A stretch of DNA of 64,000 nt, from NCBI GenBank assembly GCA_015064205.1, contig SVSR01000001.1:55840-119839 (forward strand), read 5' to 3'. Of this stretch, positions 1 to 7,205 are shown one piece after another. Each line of letters begins with the position of its first letter. Position 1 is the stretch's first letter. The notes under the pieces were generated by a model, which was not told the DNA's origin, searched no databases, and saw only the letters and a list, made by a program, of their open reading frames with translations. The position numbers and the translations under genes are program-made. Source of the DNA: Oscillospiraceae bacterium (GTDB lineage Bacteria > Bacillota > Clostridia > Oscillospirales > CAG-272).

Positions 1-5
1 CTATA

Positions 6-560
6 ATGGCATTTATTGATGAATACTACGATCAGAGCGGCGAAGCCAAGTGGTACGTTGCTCACACATATTCCGGCTACGAAAACAAGGTTAAGACTAA
101 CCTTGAAAAGATAGTGGAAAATCGCGGCATCGGCGACAAGATCGTCGACGTACGTGTTCCTGTTGAAGTTGTAACCGAAATAGACGGCGGCAAGGAAAAG
201 CAGGTTGAAAACAAGATTTTCCCGAGTTACGTGCTGATAAAGATGATAATGTCGGATGAAACGTGGCATGTAGTCAGAAATATCAGCGGTGTTACCGGAT
301 TTGTAGGGCCCGGATCCAAGCCGATCCCGCTTACCGACGCAGAGGTTGAGGCTCTAGGTGTTGAAGAAAACACGCCGAAGGTTTCTGTAAGCTTCAAGGT
401 AGGAGACGCGGTTGTTATTATCGACGGACCGCTTGAGGGAAGCCGCGGAACAGTTCAGGAAATATCACCTGATCTTGAAAAGGTAACGGTTCTTGCAAAT
501 ATGTTCGGACGCGAAACACCGTTCGAGCTTGAAACAAAGAGCATAAAACTCGCAGACTGA
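6..560 (+). CDS. nusG: Transcription termination/antitermination factor NusG
   Basis: 184 aa. NGN-like N-terminus (KWYVAHTYSGYENKV) and C-terminal KOW motif (FKVGDAVVIIDGPLEGSRGTVQEI). Sits directly upstream of rplK-rplA, the classic synteny. Confidence 0.95.
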   Translation: MAFIDEYYDQSGEAKWYVAHTYSGYENKVKTNLEKIVENRGIGDKIVDVRVPVEVVTEIDGGKEKQVENKIFPSYVLIKMIMSDETWHVVRNISGVTGFVGPGSKPIPLTDAEVEALGVEENTPKVSVSFKVGDAVVIIDGPLEGSRGTVQEISPDLEKVTVLANMFGRETPFELETKSIKLAD

Positions 561-659
561 TAAAAGTCTTTAAACATTGTGCCTGAAAACAGGCAAAGGT
601 GGGAGGGAGTAAAATTTTTGAGTACTCCCGATTAAGTTACCACATGGAGGTGTATTAAA
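561..659 (+). promoter_or_regulatory. rplK-rplA 5' leader with candidate L1-binding stem
   Basis: Hairpin TGCCTG-AAAA-CAGGCA (581-596) with no U-tract. It is followed by GGGAGGGAGTA...TACTCCCGATTAAG, a stem closed by GGAGTA/TACTCC, just upstream of the rplK SD GGAGG. The regulatory role is inferred from known L1 autoregulation. Confidence 0.3.
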
Positions 660-1085
660 ATGGCAAAGAAAATAATGGGCTACATCAAGCTTCAGCTGCC
701 CGCAGGTAAGGCAACACCCGCTCCCCCGGTAGGTCCGGCTCTCGGTGCATACGGCGTTGCTATCCCTAACTTCACAAAGGAATTCAACGAAAGAACAAAG
801 AATGATATGGGTCTCATTATCCCTGTTGTTATCACAGTATATGCAGACCGTTCGTTCACATTTATCACAAAGACTCCTCCGGCGCCCGTTCTTATAAAGA
901 AGGCGTGCGGAATCGAAACTGCATCCGCAACACCCAATAAGACAAAGGTTGCAAAGATCACTCGTGAACAGCTCAAGGCTATCGCAACAACAAAGATGGT
1001 TGACCTCAATGCGGCAAACATTGATACAGCTATCAGCATGATTGCAGGTACAGCACGCAGCATGGGTATCGAAGTTGTAGACTAA
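660..1085 (+). CDS. rplK: 50S ribosomal protein L11
   Basis: 141 aa. Canonical L11 N-terminus ([20 protein letters not shown]). SD GGAGG lies upstream. Confidence 0.97.
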   Translation: MAKKIMGYIKLQLPAGKATPAPPVGPALGAYGVAIPNFTKEFNERTKNDMGLIIPVVITVYADRSFTFITKTPPAPVLIKKACGIETASATPNKTKVAKITREQLKAIATTKMVDLNAANIDTAISMIAGTARSMGIEVVD

Positions 1086-1102
1086 GAGAGGAGTAGAGAA
1101 TA

Positions 1103-1789
1103 ATGGGAAAGAAATATCAGGACAGCGTTAAGCTTTTAGAAAAGTCAAAGCTTTATGATCCGGCAGAAGCTCTCGCTCTTGTTTGCCAGACTTCAAAAGC
1201 AAAGTTTGATGAAACAATAGAAATTCACGTAAGACTCGGCGTTGACTCCCGTCACGCAGACCAGCAGGTTAGAGGCGCAGTTGTGCTTCCCAACGGTACA
1301 GGTAAGACTGTAAGAACACTCGTATTTGCAAAGGGCGACCTTGCAAAGGCGGCTGAAGAAGCAGGCGCAGACTACGTTGGTGCTGAAGAGTACGTACAGA
1401 AGATCCAGACAGAAAACTGGTTTGATTTTGATATAATCATTGCAACACCCGACATGATGGGCGTTATCGGACGTCTCGGTAAGGTGCTCGGTCCTAAGGG
1501 ACTTATGCCTAACCCGAAGGCTGGTACAGTAACGATGGACGTTGCAAAGGCAGTTGTTGAAGCTAAGGCAGGTAAGATCGAATACCGTCTTGACAAGACA
1601 AACATCATCCACTGCCCGATCGGCAAGGCATCTTTCGGCGCTGAAAAGCTTGCTGAAAACTTTGACGCACTCGTTGGTGCGATCATCAAGGCTAAGCCTG
1701 CTGCAGCAAAGGGTCAGTACATTAAGAGCTGCGTTATCGCATCTACAATGGGTCCCGGCATCAAGATCAACTACGCAAAGCTTGGTTAA
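1103..1789 (+). CDS. rplA: 50S ribosomal protein L1
   Basis: 228 aa. L1 signature stretches ([35 protein letters not shown]). Immediately follows rplK. Confidence 0.97.
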   Translation: MGKKYQDSVKLLEKSKLYDPAEALALVCQTSKAKFDETIEIHVRLGVDSRHADQQVRGAVVLPNGTGKTVRTLVFAKGDLAKAAEEAGADYVGAEEYVQKIQTENWFDFDIIIATPDMMGVIGRLGKVLGPKGLMPNPKAGTVTMDVAKAVVEAKAGKIEYRLDKTNIIHCPIGKASFGAEKLAENFDALVGAIIKAKPAAAKGQYIKSCVIASTMGPGIKINYAKLG

Positions 1790-1800
1790 TTAAGATGACA

Positions 1801-1835
1801 AAAAACGGAAAGCGAAAAGCTTTCCGTTTTTATTT
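1801..1835. terminator. Bidirectional rho-independent terminator between rplA and comM
   Basis: AAAAA-CGGAAAGC-GAAAA-GCTTTCCG-TTTTTATTTT. The A-run and T-run flank an 8-bp GC-rich stem, and it lies between convergent genes. Confidence 0.8.
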
Positions 1836-1976
1836 TAATCCCAATTACCTTTTGTGTTCCTACACAGAAGCCTGAAACAGCCGAAATTGCGCGAAACGGC
1901 GGGAGCAAGCCCCCGCCCTACGGCAAATTTGCATGTGCACAGACAGTGGGAACACATTGTCGAATTGGGACTTATT

Positions 1977-3536
1977 TTACCAATATTTTTTATCAAGTGT
2001 GCGATATCGTATAGCTTCCGCAACGTGAGAGTCGCTTATCGTCTCAGAGCCGTCAAGGTCGGCGATTGTTCTCGATACGCGGATAAGCCTGTCGTAACCG
2101 CGAGCCGAAAGGCTTAACTTTTCGTATGCCGCCGAAAGCAGTTTTGATGCGCTCTCGTCAAGATTGCAGAAACGGCGGATATGGCGCTGACCCATCTCTG
2201 AATTTTTGTATATCATCGGTATGTCAGAGGCGGCCTCTTCGCTTGCCTTTCTGTATCGTTCAACTGCAAATTCGCGTGCTTTACATACACGTTTTCGTAT
2301 ACTCTCGGATGATTCCGACGGTATGTTTTTAGACATGTCCTCAAATGAAACCGAAGGAACCTCTATCTGTATGTCGATACGGTCGAGAAGCGGCCCGCTT
2401 ATCTGCGAAAGATACCTGCGGATATCGGCTGGCTTACAGTTGCATTCGTGAGTAGGATGACCAAAGTAGCCGCATTTGCAGGGGTTCATGGCGCATACGA
2501 GCATAAAGGACGATGGGTATGTAAATCTGCCTGCCGTTCTTGTAACGGTAACTTTGCCGTCCTCAAGAGGCTGGCGCAGAGAATCGGTTATTGCTTTTGG
2601 AAATTCTGGCAGCTCGTCGAGAAAAAGTATGCCGTTATGCGCAAGCGAGATCTCGCCGGGCATTGGTATAGAACCGCCGCCGACAAGGCTTGTTGCAGAC
2701 ATTGTGTGGTGCGGTGATCTGAAAGGACGGGTACATACAAGCGAGTGTCCCGGCGTAAGCAGGCCTGAAACAGAGTGAATTTTAGTGGTTTCTATCGCTT
2801 CTTCAAAGCTAAGCTCGGGCAAAATTGTCGGAAGTCTTTTTGCAAGCATGGATTTACCCGTGCCGGGCGGGCCGATAAGCAGCACGTTGTGTCCGCCTGC
2901 GGCGGCTATTTCAAGCGCACGCTTTACCTTTGCCTGACCCTTTACGTCTGAAAAATCAAGCGAGCTTTTTGAAAACTCTGCTTTGAATTTATCTTTATTA
3001 AATGACTGCTTTTCTATAAATTCATGCCCCGTAAGGTGCATAACAAGCCCTCTTGCGTTGCTGACTCCGTACACGTTTATGCCGTCAACAACGGCGGCCT
3101 CGGCGGCATTCGCTTCGGGTACGAAAACGTGCTTAAATCCCGCTTGTTTTGCCGCAAGGCACAGGCAGAGAACACCGTTTACAGGCCTTGTTTCGCCCGA
3201 TAATGAAAGCTCACCTATAAAAACACAGTCGGAAACGTCAATTTCGCGCGGGATCATGCCTGTAACGCTCATTATACCGGCAAGCATGGCCATGTCGTAA
3301 TACGAGCCCTCTTTCTTGCGTGATGCAGGAGCAAGATTTATCATCAGATCAAGCTCGGGGAATATAAATCCGCTGTTTTCGATAGCGGTACGTACGCGCT
3401 GTTTTGCTTCTTTAACTGAGGCATCGGGCAGTCCGACGATCTCAAAATTCGGCAGGCGCTGTGTTGAGTTACATTCGACTGTTACGATAAATCCGTCTAT
3501 TCCTGCAATTCCGGCTGAGTATACGCTTTTAAACAT
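1977..3536 (-). CDS. comM: YifB/ComM family Mg-chelatase-like AAA+ ATPase
   Basis: 519 aa. N-terminal Lon-like domain, Walker A LLIGPPGTGKSML, ChlI-type middle region (GILFLDELPEF) and C-terminal Mg_chelatase_C-like tail. Confidence 0.9.
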   Translation of the reverse strand: MFKSVYSAGIAGIDGFIVTVECNSTQRLPNFEIVGLPDASVKEAKQRVRTAIENSGFIFPELDLMINLAPASRKKEGSYYDMAMLAGIMSVTGMIPREIDVSDCVFIGELSLSGETRPVNGVLCLCLAAKQAGFKHVFVPEANAAEAAVVDGINVYGVSNARGLVMHLTGHEFIEKQSFNKDKFKAEFSKSSLDFSDVKGQAKVKRALEIAAAGGHNVLLIGPPGTGKSMLAKRLPTILPELSFEEAIETTKIHSVSGLLTPGHSLVCTRPFRSPHHTMSATSLVGGGSIPMPGEISLAHNGILFLDELPEFPKAITDSLRQPLEDGKVTVTRTAGRFTYPSSFMLVCAMNPCKCGYFGHPTHECNCKPADIRRYLSQISGPLLDRIDIQIEVPSVSFEDMSKNIPSESSESIRKRVCKAREFAVERYRKASEEAASDIPMIYKNSEMGQRHIRRFCNLDESASKLLSAAYEKLSLSARGYDRLIRVSRTIADLDGSETISDSHVAEAIRYRTLDKKYW

Positions 3537-3640
3537 TGAAGCTTCACCTTTCGGTCAAAATGGTAAAATTTAATTTTATTTCAATAATAATTCTATCATA
3601 GTCAAGAAAATATTACAATAGTTTTGGCAAAAGACCGCTA

Positions 3641-3669
3641 TTGATTTTTGCTGTTGACAATGTTATAAT
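3641..3669 (+). promoter_or_regulatory. Sigma-A-type promoter driving the tandem leader and pyruvyltransferase cassette
   Basis: -35 TTGATT (3641-3646), 17-nt spacer, extended -10 TGtTATAAT (TATAAT at 3664-3669). The predicted TSS of about 3676 coincides with the start of repeat copy 1. Confidence 0.6.
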
Positions 3670-3673
3670 TAGC

Positions 3674-3758
3674 ATATACGGATTTTTGCTATACAAAAAT
3701 CCTGTGAGTTTGCAACTCACCGCGGCCGTGCCTTCCGCGTATGCTAATTGACGGCGTC
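3674..3758 (+). repeat. 85-nt hairpin-rich leader element, copy 1 (candidate cis-regulatory RNA)
   Basis: Direct repeat of 3808-3892 with 79/85 identity. Three consecutive hairpins: GGATTTTTG-CTATA-CAAAAATCC, GTGAGTT-TGC-AACTCAC and CGCGG-N9-CCGCG. Confidence 0.9.
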
Positions 3759-3790
3759 GTAAAAATGCCCTTGCGAGCAAGCATTTTTAC
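3759..3790 (+). other. Inter-repeat stem-loop (10-bp stem GTAAAAATGC/GCATTTTTAC)
   Basis: Perfect 10-bp stem with a 12-nt loop between the two repeat copies. There is no trailing U-tract, so it is not a canonical terminator. Confidence 0.4.
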
Positions 3791-3807
3791 TTCCTGGTAG
3801 AGTTGAT

Positions 3808-3892
3808 ATATACGGATTTTTGCTATACAAAAATCCTGTGAGTTTGCAACTCACCGCGGATGTGTCTGCCGTGTATGCTAATTGACGGTGTC
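3808..3892 (+). repeat. 85-nt hairpin-rich leader element, copy 2
   Basis: The first 52 nt are identical to copy 1. Of the differences, 4 fall in the loop of the third hairpin, 1 converts G:C to G:U in its stem, and 1 is in the tail. It ends about 45 nt before the pyruvyltransferase start. Confidence 0.9.
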
Positions 3893-3942
3893 CTTATTTT
3901 ACTTGAGCTTAAACGTTAAATTTCAATAGGGAGAAAATGACA

Positions 3943-5061
3943 ATGAAAAAGGTCGGCATTTTAACTTTTTCTTATTCAAGCAATCCAGGCTCGGTGTTGC
4001 AGGCATTTTCACTGCAACAGAATATTTCAAAAATGGATAGTGTTGAGGCACAAATAATAAATTATCAAAAGACCAAAGCGGGAAAACCTGTGATAGGCAA
4101 AACAGTTTTTGAGCCGCCTTGTTCAAAGTGGAAACTCAAACAAGTAATTGAATGGACTGCAAGAATTATTGCGCATCCCATACGTATGCATAAGTATGAG
4201 AAATTCTTTAATAAATATTATAAAGGGTATCCTCAGAGACCAATTACAAGAGATGAATTAATCGATATAGAAAAAAATTATGATTGTTTTGTTGTCGGAA
4301 GCGATCAGGTTTGGAACTACGGAAGCTACAATGTGGATGACACTCATTTCCTTGATTTTGTAAAGGATGATAAGAAAAAGATTTCGTACGCGGCAAGCTT
4401 CGGACGAAACGGTGTGCCGGAAAATAAAATTGAAGATGCAAAGAGATTTATATCTGATTTTTCATATATTTCTGTCAGAGAAAAATGCGGCGTTGATATA
4501 GTTTCTGAGCTTACCGGGAAAAATGCAGAATTAGTTTTAGATCCATCCTTGTTAACTGATAAAAGAGAGTATCGTGAGTTTGAAAAGATCCCATTTGCAA
4601 AGAAGTATGTTTTTTTGTATTTGAGAGAAGATTCAAAAGAGCTTACAAAATATGCCGATAAGCTTGCTAAGCTTAAAGGGTTGAAGGTTATAAAGGTTGT
4701 TAAGCACTGGATGTATGGATTAAACGGCAGACCTATATATGCTGTTGGTCCTCAAGAGTGGCTTGGGTACATGGATAATGCTTCATATGTTATAACTAAC
4801 AGTTTTCACGGAATCTGTTTTTCTGTTATATTTGAAAAGGAATTCTTTGTAGGCTTACTCAAAAATGTAAGTGTTGAAACAAATCCGAGAATTTCCGAAA
4901 TCCTTGAGTTGTTTGAAATAAAAGACAGATACATAGATGAAAATTATGATTTTACTGAAATAAAGCCGCTTGATTATTGCCGTATTAATGAAAATAAAGA
5001 GTTGATGAAAAAACAGTCTCTTGATTATCTTTATAATGCAGTAAAACGGAGTGTGAATTAA
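3943..5061 (+). CDS. Polysaccharide pyruvyl transferase family protein
   Basis: The ORF opens at 3937, but the ATG at 3943 is better spaced from the SD GGGAG. Family-like motifs: GILTFSYSSNPGSVLQAFSLQ and FVVGSDQVWN. Confidence 0.85.
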   Translation: MKKVGILTFSYSSNPGSVLQAFSLQQNISKMDSVEAQIINYQKTKAGKPVIGKTVFEPPCSKWKLKQVIEWTARIIAHPIRMHKYEKFFNKYYKGYPQRPITRDELIDIEKNYDCFVVGSDQVWNYGSYNVDDTHFLDFVKDDKKKISYAASFGRNGVPENKIEDAKRFISDFSYISVREKCGVDIVSELTGKNAELVLDPSLLTDKREYREFEKIPFAKKYVFLYLREDSKELTKYADKLAKLKGLKVIKVVKHWMYGLNGRPIYAVGPQEWLGYMDNASYVITNSFHGICFSVIFEKEFFVGLLKNVSVETNPRISEILELFEIKDRYIDENYDFTEIKPLDYCRINENKELMKKQSLDYLYNAVKRSVN

Positions 5062-5062
5062 A

Positions 5063-6238
5063 ATGATCCAGATCTGCAATGATCCTGAAAAATGTACGGG
5101 CTGCGGGGCGTGTGTCAATATTTGCCCCGTAGATGCAGTGAAATTAGAGGAAAATGAATACGGTTTTGTTTATCCTGTAATTTCTGAAGAAAAGTGCATT
5201 GAGTGTAATTTGTGTTCAAAAACCTGCGAAAAAATTTTTGATACAAAACTTTTGGAGCCGTCAAAGGCATACGCGTGTACGATAAAAGATAAGGATATAC
5301 TCATGAAGAGCAGTTCCGGAGGGGTGTTTTCTGCTTTGGCAGAACACGTACTCTCAAATAACGGGGCGGTTTGCGGATGTATATATGATAACACTTTAAA
5401 GCCTGTGCATATTTGCTCAGAAAAGAAAGATGATTATTTATTAATGCGCAAATCCAAGTATGTTCAAAGCGATACGGGACTTGTATACCGCGGTATTAAA
5501 AAAAGGCTCGAAAGGGGACAAGAGGTGTTGTTTACAGCCACTCCGTGTCAGGTTGCTGCTCTTAAGGGATATCTTGGGAAGGATTATGAAAATTTAATAA
5601 GCATTGATTTGATTTGCCACGGCGTTCCTTCCTATGGGATGTTCAGAGAGTTTGTGAAATATCTTGAGAAAAAATACATAACTAAAATAGTGGATTTTGA
5701 TTTTCGCAGTAAAAAGTATACATGGCAACGCTATACCATGGAATTTACCGATTATACAGGCAGAATTAAAAATATCGGTAAAAACGACGAGTTTTATATG
5801 TATGGTTTTTCAATGGGAAATCTCATGAGACCGAGCTGCTTTAAGTGCAGATATGCAACAGAGAAGCGATGCGGAGATGTAACAATTGGGGATTTCTGGG
5901 GACATGACGATTTGAAACTGCCGTGTGATAAGGTTAACGGAATTTCTGTGTGTATGCTGAATACCGAAAAGGCAACAAAATTATCGTGCGTTTTAAAAGG
6001 CAGCATGATAATGGAAGAAGTTGACTATAATGCAGTTGTAAACGGTAATACGTGTTTGCGCCATCCGACGAATAAAGGAATAAAATGGGATAAATATATG
6101 GAGGCGTACAAAAACGGTGGTATCAGCACTCTTGCAAAACAATACAGAAAAAACAATTTTAAAAGCAGGCTGAGAGGAAATATAAAATTACATATGCCTT
6201 TAAAGCTATTTAAATATATAAAAAAAGCATATTTTTAG
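5063..6238 (+). CDS. FrhB/FdhB-like (coenzyme F420 hydrogenase/dehydrogenase beta subunit family) protein with N-terminal 2x[4Fe-4S] ferredoxin domain
   Basis: 391 aa. Two Cys clusters (CTGCGACVNICP and CIECNLCSKTC). The remainder resembles FrhB N- and C-domains. The start lies 1 nt after the upstream stop, suggesting translational coupling. Confidence 0.8.
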   Translation: MIQICNDPEKCTGCGACVNICPVDAVKLEENEYGFVYPVISEEKCIECNLCSKTCEKIFDTKLLEPSKAYACTIKDKDILMKSSSGGVFSALAEHVLSNNGAVCGCIYDNTLKPVHICSEKKDDYLLMRKSKYVQSDTGLVYRGIKKRLERGQEVLFTATPCQVAALKGYLGKDYENLISIDLICHGVPSYGMFREFVKYLEKKYITKIVDFDFRSKKYTWQRYTMEFTDYTGRIKNIGKNDEFYMYGFSMGNLMRPSCFKCRYATEKRCGDVTIGDFWGHDDLKLPCDKVNGISVCMLNTEKATKLSCVLKGSMIMEEVDYNAVVNGNTCLRHPTNKGIKWDKYMEAYKNGGISTLAKQYRKNNFKSRLRGNIKLHMPLKLFKYIKKAYF

Positions 6239-6322
6239 GTTGTATTTATAAAACCGGCTTTTTGCCCCGGCTTGAGACAAGCTTATAATATGCTTATTAG
6301 ATTATTTTAGCAGAGGACAGTT

Positions 6323-6775
6323 ATGAAAACGACAATAAGAATGGTTGTAGTTGTTGCAGCACTGCTTTTAATAACGTTTGTAATGATTTTCGTTATTTCG
6401 TGTGACCAACGAGAAAAGCAGGCAGAGGAAAACCGTTGGCTTACTGTGAGTGAGCAGCTTGAGTTGTACCACATGTCAAATGAAGAATCGATGCGTGACG
6501 ACGAGATTGTAAGTTCTTCTGACAGTAAAGCGGCAATTGGGGCTGAAGCTGTTGCAACGGCTCCTGCAACTGAAGACAAAACAAAAGAAGCGCTTGTTTC
6601 GCAAGTGTCAGGAAAAGAAATTACATACGTGCTCAATACCAACAGCGAAAAATTCCACAAGCCCGACTGTTCAAGCGTGTCTACCATGAAGAATGAAAAC
6701 AGACGTGATTTTTACGGTACACGTGAAGAGGTAATGGCGATGAATTATGATCCGTGCGGCAGATGCAAGCCGTAA
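6323..6775 (+). CDS. Small membrane-anchored or lipoprotein with C-terminal Ada-type Zn-binding motif
   Basis: 150 aa. Signal/TM segment ending FVISC. The C-terminus KFHKPDCSSV...DPCGRCKP matches the Ada_Zn_binding pattern FH-P-C...PC-RC-P. Confidence 0.6.
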   Translation: MKTTIRMVVVVAALLLITFVMIFVISCDQREKQAEENRWLTVSEQLELYHMSNEESMRDDEIVSSSDSKAAIGAEAVATAPATEDKTKEALVSQVSGKEITYVLNTNSEKFHKPDCSSVSTMKNENRRDFYGTREEVMAMNYDPCGRCKP

Positions 6776-6793
6776 TTATATAAGGAGAGAGAC

Positions 6794-7015
6794 ATGAAAA
6801 ATCAAAGGACGATAACAGTAAGAATAAGTGAAGATCTTCTTGCAAAGCTTGCATACGTGAGCGAGAGCGAGGGGCGTACTCTTAATAATCAGTTTTTACT
6901 TTTGGCACGTAACAGCGTTGCTTATTTTGAAAAGAATAAGGGACGTATAGACAACACAAAAGCAAATAGCGCACTTGAAAAGCTTGACTGTATTGTTGAC
7001 ACATCTGAAGAGTAA
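6794..7015 (+). CDS. Ribbon-helix-helix (Arc/CopG-like) DNA-binding protein
   Basis: 73 aa. ITVRISEDLLAKLAYVSESEGRTLNNQFLLLARN fits the RHH strand-helix-helix pattern. SD GGAGAG lies upstream. Confidence 0.6.
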   Translation: MKNQRTITVRISEDLLAKLAYVSESEGRTLNNQFLLLARNSVAYFEKNKGRIDNTKANSALEKLDCIVDTSEE

Positions 7016-7205
7016 AATTTTTAAAAATACAGAAAAAGGACGATTTCAGGAGAAAATATGTAATTTTTTCGTAAATTTGTTTCAAATGTTTGCAAATACA
7101 TCTTTACTTTTTACTTAAAAAATGTTATTATATATTGGAATGTGCTCACAGAGCCGTTTTATATTGTTTAATTAAATTATCTTAATATACAGGAGGAAAC
7201 AAAAC

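Noticed and set aside
3759-3790. The inter-repeat 10-bp hairpin as an intrinsic terminator.
   Set aside because: Its T-run lies inside the stem and only TT follows it. The canonical U-tract is absent, so it is reported as a stem-loop only.
3674-3892. Whether the repeated element is a CRISPR array or a MITE.
   Set aside because: There are only two copies, each 85 nt long with a 49-nt spacer, and no cas genes, so it is not CRISPR-like. There are no clear terminal inverted repeats or target-site duplications, and both copies sit on the same side of the cassette. I therefore did not call it a mobile element, though a dispersed-repeat origin remains testable.
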